64,000 nucleotides of DNA from Candidatus Latescibacterota bacterium (GTDB lineage Bacteria > Latescibacterota > UBA2968 > UBA8231). This document shows positions 20,831 through 29,350 of the stretch, piece after piece. The notes beneath the pieces were generated by a model. The model was not told where the DNA came from and made no database searches. It worked only from the letters and a program-made list of their open reading frames with translations. Positions within the stretch are counted from its first letter, which is position 1, and each line of letters starts with the position of its first letter. The translations under genes were made by a program, and so were the position numbers. The stretch covers positions 2,784,001 through 2,848,000 of the forward strand of contig OZ252098.1 of assembly GCA_965248355.1 (NCBI GenBank), given 5' to 3'.

Positions 20831-21739
20831 TCAGTTGGTGAAGGTATCCTTGATCCGGCCCCAACTGTCTGCCTCGACGGCCGTTCCGTCAGCCACCCAG
20901 ATGCTCGCGTCGTAGCCGAGCAGGGCGTAGTCGACGAAGGCATTGGCCTTGAAGTAGAGGTTGACGTCGCCACTGTTGATCCAGTAGCCGTTGTAGCCGT
21001 TGTCAGCGGGGACATCGTCGTCTACGCAGGCGAAGCCGACGCCGATGACCTCGCCCTCAGTCAAGTCGTGCACGACCACGTCGGCGTCGTCGATGCCCGA
21101 GGAGTTGGTCGGCAGGTCGTCGAAGGGCGTCACCCACATCTCCAAAAAGAGGTTGACGGCGCCGCCGTCGGAGTCACCCTCGATGTTGTAGCGCACGCCG
21201 GAGTAGGGCTCTTCCCCGGCCCATGGCGCGGCGCCCCACAGAAACAACTCGCCGTCGATGTGCAACTGCCAGCGGTAGTTCTGTGTCAGGGCGCCCTCCC
21301 ATCGCTCCGCATCGAGACCAGCGGACGCAACATCGTTGAAGGTCTCGTCGCCGCTGTGATCGAAGTCGATGGCAATCTCGGTGTTCTCGTAGTTGCCGTC
21401 GGTATAGCCCCAGAACAGGTCGTCGAAGCGCTCTTCCATGAAGTAGAACAGGTTGGTGACCGGGCTCCAACCCAGGATGACGCGCGTGGTGAGGTTGGCG
21501 GGGTCAGGATCACCCAGACCGTGGATCGCCTCGGTCAGGTCGTTGTGCGTCGTCCAGAAGATGGAAGGCACGTTGTCCCACTCCCCCAGGTCGCCGTCCA
21601 TCTCAACGGGACGGACGCCACCGGCGTCGATGGGAACCTGCACGGCGGCGAAGTTGTCGTCCGGCCGTTGGTGGGCGGAAGTGGCGACGGCCGCAGCGAG
21701 GACGAGCGCCAAAGCGGATGCGAAGACTCCCTTCATCAT
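20831..21739 (-). CDS. Secreted acidic CBM9-like protein with C-terminal TAVEADSWGRIK tail
   Basis: Signal peptide; MDGDLGEW; homologous to 12806..13876; own promoter and terminator. Confidence 0.75.
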   Translation of the reverse strand: MMKGVFASALALVLAAAVATSAHQRPDDNFAAVQVPIDAGGVRPVEMDGDLGEWDNVPSIFWTTHNDLTEAIHGLGDPDPANLTTRVILGWSPVTNLFYFMEERFDDLFWGYTDGNYENTEIAIDFDHSGDETFNDVASAGLDAERWEGALTQNYRWQLHIDGELFLWGAAPWAGEEPYSGVRYNIEGDSDGGAVNLFLEMWVTPFDDLPTNSSGIDDADVVVHDLTEGEVIGVGFACVDDDVPADNGYNGYWINSGDVNLYFKANAFVDYALLGYDASIWVADGTAVEADSWGRIKDTFTN

Positions 21740-21844
21740 TCTCTCTCCTAATATGACTTGACCCGGGGTGAGACTCTCCCTCCCCGGGGAGATGAAGGTG
21801 CGAACGCTCGAACGCTCGCGCCAACAAAGCGGAAAATCAGGAGA

Positions 21845-21873
21845 AATCTACTTCAAGGCCGGCCTCAAGGCAA
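21845..21873 (-). promoter_or_regulatory. Putative sigma70 promoter for 20831..21739
   Basis: Minus strand TTGCCT-N17-TAGATT. Confidence 0.5.
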
Positions 21874-22461
21874 GCACAAAAGCGACCACTCCCCAGGTGG
21901 TGGTCTCACCCGGGGCCGGACTCTCGTACGGGGTCACCTCCGGAGGTCGGCTGGGCGGCCCGTCGAGCCTGGAAAAGCCCGTAACTCGTTGAAAGGCCAT
22001 CAGTTGGATGCGCCTTACATAGCCCCCGGAGAGCCGGTTCGACCCTCGCGTTGGTCGACCGGCAGGGTAGCTGTTCTCGTTCAGGTCGACGACCTGGACG
22101 CCGGTGTCCCCAGCCGCCGTCGGCCGCGGACCTCGGCGGCGACAGTCGGTGAGCATTGCCACGGCCTGATCGGTCCTTGTAATTTTCGGCGGTAGAGCGG
22201 ACGAGACGTCACTGCGCGAGTCACGATCAGCAAGGATGGCTTCGATCTCCGGCAGGTACGAGATCAGGCAGGCCCAGTGGGTCGTCGTCGTTGGCACGGC
22301 GTCCTCGAGTCCCCCCGCTTCCTGCATCTCCTGGATCGTCCTGGAGGAGTCCCTCCTGCGCCTGAAGAGCGTCGCCGGCGAAGAGCTCAACCGCCTCCCC
22401 ACCAAGGCCGGGTGGCAGTACGGCCTGCCGGGCGCGTGATGCGCCGCCCGCCAGGCCCCCG

Positions 22462-24426
22462 ATGACGGCACCTCCGCAGGGGGACCGACACTTGGCGCGG
22501 GACCTGCAGGGGATCCCGGTGCGGGGCATCCTGATCGGGGCCGTGCTGGCCCTGGTGCTCAACGTCTGCGATACCTACGCGACGAATTCGATCCAGGGGT
22601 CGTACCTGACCCTCAACTTCAGCACCCCCGCCGCCCTCTTCTTCTTCTTCTTCCTCGTCCTGGCCAGCGGCGCCGTCGGCCTCCTCCACCGGTGGCTGGA
22701 GCTGACCCGGGCCGAGCTGATCACGATCTACGTCATGCTGCTGGTGGCCTGCTGCATCCCCGGCATGGGCTTCACCCAGTTCATCATCCCCTGCCTCCTC
22801 GGGTCGACCTACTACGCCACGCCCGAGAACAACTGGGACGAGCTCTACAACCAGTACATCCCGGAGTGGATGATCCCCCGCGGCGAGAACGTGGCCCGCT
22901 ACTTCTTCGAGGGGATGCCCGAGGGAGCCTCGATCCCATGGGGAGCCTGGGTCGTGCCTCTGGCCCTGTGGTTCGGCTTCTTCCTCGCCCTCGGCTTCGC
23001 CATGATCTGCGCCATGGTCGTCCTGCGCAGGCAGTGGGTCGACAACGAGAGGCTCAGCTACGCCCTGGTGCAGGTGCCGATGGAGATGATCCAGCGGGAG
23101 GAGGGCGGCGCCGTGGGCCGCTCGTTCTTCACCAACAAGGTCATGTGGCTGGGCTTCGCCATCTCCTTCCTGCTGCTGAGCGTCAACGGACTGCACTCGT
23201 ACTTTCCGGAGGTTCCGCGCTTCGAGCGCATCGTGGGCCTGCCCCTGTTCGGCAACACGTGGCTCAGCTTCTGGTTCAGCCCGCCGTGGACGGGGTTCTT
23301 CTACTTCGTCAGCCTCGACATCTCGGCCTCGATCTGGGTCTTCTACCTTCTCGTCAGGCTGCAGCGGGGCGTCTTCAACGTCCTCGGCGTACGCAGCACA
23401 CAGCGGATCGACTTCTACTCAGGAAACGACCCCTTCCTCGCCCACCAGGGTCTCGGGGCGATGATCGTCTTCGTCGTCATCGGTCTGTGGGTGGCGCGGC
23501 GGCACCTGCGCCAGGTGGTGGCGAAGGCCCTCCGCGGGGCCCGCGAGGTCGATGACAGCGGCGAGATCCTCACCTACCGGCAGGCCTTCTTCGGGCTCCT
23601 CGCCGGCCTCCTGATCGTCGCCGTCTGGCTGTCGGCGATCGGCCTTCCCTTCCCGGTGGCGGTGCTCTTCGTCTTCGGCGCCATGGTCCTGTTCCTGGCG
23701 CTGACGCGGGTCGTCGCCGAGGGCGGCATCCCGGCCATGCGGCCTCCCCTGATGACGTCGACCTTCGTGATCTCCACGGTCGGCACCTCCGCCATCGGCG
23801 CCCAGGGCCTGGTGGCGCTCGGCTTCTCCTACGGCTGGCACTCCGAGATCCGCTCCTTCGTCATGTCCTCGGTCGCCAACGGACTCAAGATGAGCGAGCT
23901 GATCCGCGGCCCGAAGCGCCGGCTGTTCTGGGCGATTATCGTCGCCATCCTGGTCAGCCTGGCGGGCTCCTCCTATGTCACCCTGGTCATGGCGTACGGG
24001 CACGGCGGCATCAACCTCAACCCCCTGTTCTTCTCCTGGCAGTCCACCCACTTCGGGCCCATGGACATGTCCCCGCGCATCTCCGCCGCACCCGAAGGCC
24101 CGCGGTGGGACGCCGTGCGGTTCATGCTCCTCGGGGGAGGCGTGATGTCGGCGCTCATGTGGGCGCGCCACCAGTTGGTGTGGTGGCCCCTGAGCCCGCT
24201 CGGGTTCACGATCGCCGCCAACTGGAAGACGGGCCACATCTTCTGCAGCGCCCTGCTGGCCTGGTGCCTGAAGTATCTGATCCTGCGCTACGGCGGCGTG
24301 CGTCTCTACCGCAGCCTGCGGCCCTTCTTCCTGGGCCTGATCCTGGGGGAGATCGTCGGCGCCGGGGTATTCCTGGTGATCGACTACCTCACTGGCACCA
24401 CGGGCAGCTTCCTGACCCAGATCTGA
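22462..24426 (+). CDS. Full-length DUF6785/DUF6784-like polytopic membrane protein (putative transporter)
   Basis: 654 aa, many TM segments; ELITIYVML, RRQWVDNERLSY, WWPLSPLG, PFFLGLILG. Confidence 0.8.
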   Translation: MTAPPQGDRHLARDLQGIPVRGILIGAVLALVLNVCDTYATNSIQGSYLTLNFSTPAALFFFFFLVLASGAVGLLHRWLELTRAELITIYVMLLVACCIPGMGFTQFIIPCLLGSTYYATPENNWDELYNQYIPEWMIPRGENVARYFFEGMPEGASIPWGAWVVPLALWFGFFLALGFAMICAMVVLRRQWVDNERLSYALVQVPMEMIQREEGGAVGRSFFTNKVMWLGFAISFLLLSVNGLHSYFPEVPRFERIVGLPLFGNTWLSFWFSPPWTGFFYFVSLDISASIWVFYLLVRLQRGVFNVLGVRSTQRIDFYSGNDPFLAHQGLGAMIVFVVIGLWVARRHLRQVVAKALRGAREVDDSGEILTYRQAFFGLLAGLLIVAVWLSAIGLPFPVAVLFVFGAMVLFLALTRVVAEGGIPAMRPPLMTSTFVISTVGTSAIGAQGLVALGFSYGWHSEIRSFVMSSVANGLKMSELIRGPKRRLFWAIIVAILVSLAGSSYVTLVMAYGHGGINLNPLFFSWQSTHFGPMDMSPRISAAPEGPRWDAVRFMLLGGGVMSALMWARHQLVWWPLSPLGFTIAANWKTGHIFCSALLAWCLKYLILRYGGVRLYRSLRPFFLGLILGEIVGAGVFLVIDYLTGTTGSFLTQI

Positions 24427-24443
24427 CAGAAAGGGGATTCGAG

Positions 24444-25919
24444 ATGGCCAAGAGGAAGACAGCGAAAGCGAAGGCGGCGACGAAGGAAGGGGCGGCCGGC
24501 AGGGCCCGGGCGGGGGCGGCCCCGGCGGGCGTCGTCGAGCTGGGCGAACGGCGCGAGCTGTTCGTCGACGACTACCTGATCGAGCGGCTGTCGGGCGTCG
24601 AGTTGCGCCTGCAGAAGCCGGTGCCGCGGAACGTGGCGCTCGACCACGACGTGCCGTGGGAGGGCAACACCAGCGCCTACCACACGGTCTTCCAGGACGG
24701 CAAGCTGTTCCGCGCCTACTACCGCGGATCCCATTACAACCCGCCGGGCAAGTACAGGCCGGTCGTGTGCTACGCCGAGAGCCGCGACGGCATCGAGTGG
24801 CACCGGCCGGAGCTGGGCCTGGTCAACTACCAGGGCTCGACGCGCAACAACATCATCTGGGACGGCCCCGGCTCGCTCAACTTCACGCCCTTCCGCGACT
24901 CCAACCCGGACTGCCGGGAGGGCGAGGAGTACAAGGCCCTGGGCAGCCCGAGCTCGCGCACCCATGACGAGCAGGCCCTCTATGCCTTCAAGTCGGCGGA
25001 CGGCGTGCATTGGAGCCTGCTGTCGGAGAAGCCGGTGATGGATCACACCGTGGGCGCCAATCTCTTCGACTCGCAGAACCTGGCATTCTACGACCCGGGG
25101 CGCGGCTGCTACGTCGAATACCACCGCGACTCCATCTACCCCGGCGGCGTGCGTTTCCGCCAGATCATGACCTGCACCTCGAAGGACTTCCGTCGGTGGA
25201 CGAAGCCGCAATTGCTCGACTTCGGCGACGCGCCCCTCGAGCACCTCTACACGAACGCGGTGACGCCCTACCACCGGGCCCCGCACATCTACATGGGCTT
25301 CCCCAAGCGCCTCGTGCCGGACCGCCGGATGCCGGGCAACCTGGCCGGCGGCGTGTCGGACGGCTTGTACATGACCAGCCGCGACGGCCTGCACTTCAAG
25401 CGCTGGGGCGAGGCTTTCGTGCGGCCCGGGCTGCAGCCGGAGCGCTGGGAGAACCGCAACAACATGACCGCCTGGGGCATCCTGGAGACGGCCAACGACC
25501 TGCCCACGGCGCCGAAGGAGCTGTCGATCTTCACCAGCGAGGGATACTACCGCGGCGAGGCCTCCAGGCTGCGGCGCTTCACGCTGCGCCTGGACGGGTT
25601 CGTCTCGGCCAATGCGCCGCTGAAGGGGGGCGAGCTGATCACCCGGCCCGTCACCTTCGCCGGCGGCGCCCTGAGCCTGAACACGAGCACCTCCGCCGCC
25701 GGCTCCGTGCGCGTCGAGATCCAGGACGCCCACGGCAAGGCGCTCAAGGGACACACCCTGCGCGACTGCGACGAGATCTACGGCGACGACCTGGAGCGCA
25801 CCGTCACCTGGAAGGGCGCCGCGGACGTGAGCGGCCTGGCCGGCCAACCGGTGCGCCTGCGTTTCACGCTCAGCGACGCCGACCTGTACAGCCTGCGGTT
25901 CACGGCGCCGCCGGCCTGA
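24444..25919 (+). CDS. Beta-propeller glycoside hydrolase-like protein
   Basis: RBS then ATG 24444; ELFVDD, YAESRDGIEWHRPELG, FDSQN, RLDGFVS, DLYSLRF. Confidence 0.75.
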   Translation: MAKRKTAKAKAATKEGAAGRARAGAAPAGVVELGERRELFVDDYLIERLSGVELRLQKPVPRNVALDHDVPWEGNTSAYHTVFQDGKLFRAYYRGSHYNPPGKYRPVVCYAESRDGIEWHRPELGLVNYQGSTRNNIIWDGPGSLNFTPFRDSNPDCREGEEYKALGSPSSRTHDEQALYAFKSADGVHWSLLSEKPVMDHTVGANLFDSQNLAFYDPGRGCYVEYHRDSIYPGGVRFRQIMTCTSKDFRRWTKPQLLDFGDAPLEHLYTNAVTPYHRAPHIYMGFPKRLVPDRRMPGNLAGGVSDGLYMTSRDGLHFKRWGEAFVRPGLQPERWENRNNMTAWGILETANDLPTAPKELSIFTSEGYYRGEASRLRRFTLRLDGFVSANAPLKGGELITRPVTFAGGALSLNTSTSAAGSVRVEIQDAHGKALKGHTLRDCDEIYGDDLERTVTWKGAADVSGLAGQPVRLRFTLSDADLYSLRFTAPPA

Positions 25920-25933
25920 GAGGGGCCAATCCC

Positions 25934-27355
25934 ATGACCCGACACGATCGCGCCGACCAAGGATCCGATGGAACGCAGGTCTTCTGTGACGATGCCATGT
26001 TGGCGCATACGGAAAACGTCTGGCAGTCCCTCCATCACCCCGCCAAGCACGAAGACAACCCCGTGCTCGTGCCCGACAGGCCCTGGGAGGGATACCTGGT
26101 CTTGCAGCCGGGGACGGTCATCCACGACGAGCAGGATGGGTGCTTCAAGATGTGGTACAACACCCAGCCGAGTCGTGACAAGCCGGAGGCCGGGAAGAAC
26201 CTCTGCTACGCCGTATCGGCCGACGGCGTCCACTGGGAGAAGCCGGAGTTGGGTCTGGTTGAGTTCGGCGGATCGACGGCGAACAACATCCTTTTCCAGG
26301 AGGTGGAGTGGACACATTGCGTCCTGAAGGACGAGGCGGAAACGGATGCGGACAGGCGCTACAAGCTGCTCTACTGGCCGCCGGGCGGTACGGGAATCCA
26401 CGGGGCCTTCTCGGAGGACGGAGTCCACTGGAGACCGTGCGAGGACAACCCGATCGTGCCTCGTCGGGCCACGGGCGATACCTTCAGCGTCATGCGCGAT
26501 CCGGCGTCGGGTTGGTACTGGCTGTATCACAAGACTCGGACCCCGGCCCGGCCGATCCGCATGATCTCCCGCATGGTGAGCGAGGACTTCGTGCGCTGGA
26601 GCCCGACCCGCCGCGTGCTGGCTCCCGATGCCTTCGATCCGCCCGATACTCAGTTCTACGGGCTGTCCGCGTTTCCCCATGCAGGCCAGTACCTGGGAGT
26701 TTTGTGGGTTTACCACACATACCCGCAGACCTTGGACATGCAGCTGGTCTCCAGTCGCGACGGCCTGCGTTGGGACCGCACGGCCGACCGCAAGCTGTTC
26801 ATGCACCTGGTACCGACCAACAGTTACCGGGGCGGGGCGTTCGATTGCACGCAGATTTATCCCGTCTCGGCGCCGGTGGAGAAGGACGGAAGGCTCTGGT
26901 TGTTCTACTCCGGCTTCACCGTGCCCCACAATTCCCTCGCCGAGGACCATGATGGGCGCATCGGCCTGGCCACCTTTCGCCTGGATGGCTTCTGCTCTCT
27001 GGATGCCACGAGTCCGGGATATGCTCTCACCCGCCCCTTCACCTGGAAGGGGAACCGGCTGCGGCTGAACGCGGCCACCAGCGGCCCGGCTCCCGGGGCC
27101 CCTGCAGACGGCGGCGGCGGGATCACGGTGCAGATCGAGGATGAGCAGGGCCAGGTCCTTCCCGGGTTGGGCGCCGGGCCATGCACCCCGTTCCGCGGCG
27201 ACGAGACGGAGGCCCTCATGGAGTGGGGCGGGCGCAGCGACTTGGGCGAGCTCATGGGGCGGACCGTGCAACTGCGCTTCCGGCTCGAGGATGCGAATCT
27301 GTATTCGTTTCGCGTCTGCCACGGGAGCTTGACGACCCCCGATGGGGCTCATTAG
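25934..27355 (+). CDS. Beta-propeller glycoside hydrolase-like protein
   Basis: NPVLVPDRPWEG, YAVSADGVHWEKPELG, SRDGLRW, RLDGFCSL, NLYSF. Confidence 0.75.
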   Translation: MTRHDRADQGSDGTQVFCDDAMLAHTENVWQSLHHPAKHEDNPVLVPDRPWEGYLVLQPGTVIHDEQDGCFKMWYNTQPSRDKPEAGKNLCYAVSADGVHWEKPELGLVEFGGSTANNILFQEVEWTHCVLKDEAETDADRRYKLLYWPPGGTGIHGAFSEDGVHWRPCEDNPIVPRRATGDTFSVMRDPASGWYWLYHKTRTPARPIRMISRMVSEDFVRWSPTRRVLAPDAFDPPDTQFYGLSAFPHAGQYLGVLWVYHTYPQTLDMQLVSSRDGLRWDRTADRKLFMHLVPTNSYRGGAFDCTQIYPVSAPVEKDGRLWLFYSGFTVPHNSLAEDHDGRIGLATFRLDGFCSLDATSPGYALTRPFTWKGNRLRLNAATSGPAPGAPADGGGGITVQIEDEQGQVLPGLGAGPCTPFRGDETEALMEWGGRSDLGELMGRTVQLRFRLEDANLYSFRVCHGSLTTPDGAH

Positions 27356-27399
27356 GATACCGGCACGTACCGGTTTCCGTCTGTAGAGAGGGCGAATCC

Positions 27400-29349
27400 A
27401 TGCGCTCTTGTCTGCTCTTCTGCATCGTCGCTGGTCTGCTCGCAGGCGACGCCTCGGGTCTAACCCTCATCCGGATCGGCCAGCCCCTCACCGCGGCCGA
27501 GCGGGACAGCCTCGACGGTCTGGGCATCGAGGTCCTTCAGATCCCCTGGACGGCCGCACACGTGCAGGACCAGATCGACGCGGACTCCCTGCAGGCCGAT
27601 ATGCTGATGCCGAGGTTCCTCGGCGAGGACGAGGACATCGCGGCCACGCTGCTGGACAGGGGAGGGAGGGTCTGGGTCGACCACAATATCGGGGTGGGCG
27701 GTGAAAACACCATCGTCGGGCAGGTGCTCATCGACCAGGATCCCACCACCGCCTACGTGTGGCCGGCGATCGAGGCGGACCGGTTCGGGACGAGGGGCTG
27801 GTGGGGGAAGATCACCTTCGATCTCGGCGGGCAGTTCCTGATCAAGGAGGTGCGGTTCCGGCCCCTCGCGGACCGGTCCGACCACTACCTGGAGACCTTC
27901 GCCCTGGGCGTCAGCGACTTGGTCTTCGACACCTACCGGGTCCCGTGGTTCTACAGGGAGCGGTGCGGCGTCCCGTGCGGCGAGCGGGAGGTCGCCTTCG
28001 TCAAGGAGAACTCCGACCACGACATGCGCATCGTGCTGGATCCGCCGGTGACGACCGAGGCCATCCAGCTGCTCGTCACACGCACGTCACCGAGGGAGAT
28101 CGGACTGGCCGATTTCGAGGTCTACGGGGGCGGCTACGTGACCCGGGCCGCGTACGAGTCGGAGGTCGTCGAGCTGCCGGACATCGCCAGTTGGGGGGAG
28201 ATTCGCTGGTCGGGCCGGCAGGATCCCCGGGCTCGCGTCCAGATCCGCTCGCGGATGGGCACCGATCAACAGCCGGACATCTACTGGGAGGTCCGTCCCG
28301 ACCTGCTCGACAGGGTCGAGTTCCTCGGCGGCGGCGGCGATCTCAGCGTGACGGAGTACAGGGCCCAGTACGACAATCTCGCGGGACATCTCAAGCCGCA
28401 GGACGTCGAGAGTCAGGTGACCCCCGACATCGAGAACTGGAGCTTCTGGTCCCGCATCTACCCCTTCGATCAGCCCGGGGTCGAGATCGTGTCGCCGGGG
28501 CCGAGGCAGTACTTCCAGATCCGCGTGGACTTCTCGTCGAGCACGGTGGAAGACGGGGGCCGAATCGACTTCATCGAGGCCATGGCCTCGAAACCGATGG
28601 CGCGCGAGCTGGTGGCGGAGATCTTCCCGGTGACGACCCGCGTCGGCGAGGTGACCCGGTTCACGTACTACGTGAACCCCACCATCCGCGCCGGCGACAA
28701 CGGCTTCGACGGGCTGGAGATCTCGACGCCTTTCAGGGTCGTCTCGGTGGACTCGCTGCGCATCGACGCGGTGGATGAGCCCTTCACGTGGACCCGGACC
28801 GGGGACGGCTTCGAGGTCCTGCTGCCGCGGCGGTTGGAGACGACCGACAGCGGGGCTCTGGTCGAGGTGGTCTTCAGGGCCCCCGTGCTGCGCGAGGTGA
28901 GCACCCCCTTCGCCGGTCGGATCTTCGACACCGAAAGGCCGCTGGAGGTACGCCAGCAGGTCAGTCCCGGCGACGCCGTCGCCGAGGTCGACAGCGACCA
29001 GCTCACCGTGCAGGCCCCCCTGAGCGCCTCGTTGCTGTTCTCGCCCCGCTTCGAGCCGAATCCGTTTACACCCAATGGCGACGGGGTCAACGATGTCGTG
29101 CACATCTCCTACAAGCTGCTGCGCCTGACAGCGGCGGCCCCGGTCTCGATCGCCATCCACGATCTCTCGGGCCGCCTCGTGAAACGGATCTACTCGGGGA
29201 ACGATCCGCTGGGAGAGTACGACCGCCCGTGGGATGGACGGGACGAGGCGAACCAGCTCGTCCCCGCCGGGCTGTACCTGTGTCGGATCGAGGCGGACCT
29301 GGAGTCGAATCGGGAGACGGCCGTCGGCGTCCTCTCCGTCGCCTACTGA
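27400..29349 (+). CDS. Secreted protein with discoidin-like domain and C-terminal FlgD-Ig/PNGDGxND domain (paralogue A)
   Basis: Signal peptide; ITFDLGG; WSFWS...SPGPRQYFQ; PNPFTPNGDGVND; IHDLSGRLVK; WDGRD; GLYLCRI. Confidence 0.75.
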   Translation: MRSCLLFCIVAGLLAGDASGLTLIRIGQPLTAAERDSLDGLGIEVLQIPWTAAHVQDQIDADSLQADMLMPRFLGEDEDIAATLLDRGGRVWVDHNIGVGGENTIVGQVLIDQDPTTAYVWPAIEADRFGTRGWWGKITFDLGGQFLIKEVRFRPLADRSDHYLETFALGVSDLVFDTYRVPWFYRERCGVPCGEREVAFVKENSDHDMRIVLDPPVTTEAIQLLVTRTSPREIGLADFEVYGGGYVTRAAYESEVVELPDIASWGEIRWSGRQDPRARVQIRSRMGTDQQPDIYWEVRPDLLDRVEFLGGGGDLSVTEYRAQYDNLAGHLKPQDVESQVTPDIENWSFWSRIYPFDQPGVEIVSPGPRQYFQIRVDFSSSTVEDGGRIDFIEAMASKPMARELVAEIFPVTTRVGEVTRFTYYVNPTIRAGDNGFDGLEISTPFRVVSVDSLRIDAVDEPFTWTRTGDGFEVLLPRRLETTDSGALVEVVFRAPVLREVSTPFAGRIFDTERPLEVRQQVSPGDAVAEVDSDQLTVQAPLSASLLFSPRFEPNPFTPNGDGVNDVVHISYKLLRLTAAAPVSIAIHDLSGRLVKRIYSGNDPLGEYDRPWDGRDEANQLVPAGLYLCRIEADLESNRETAVGVLSVAY

Positions 29350-29350
29350 C

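Noticed and set aside
3..24426. DUF6785 repeat pair as template/variable repeats of a diversity-generating retroelement
   Set aside because: Differences are not adenine-specific, both copies are coding, and no reverse transcriptase is in the window
24444..24535. Lys/Ala-rich N-terminus of the propeller hydrolase as a targeting or DNA-binding tag
   Set aside because: Short, low-complexity, absent from the two paralogues, and has no hydrophobic core; not enough support
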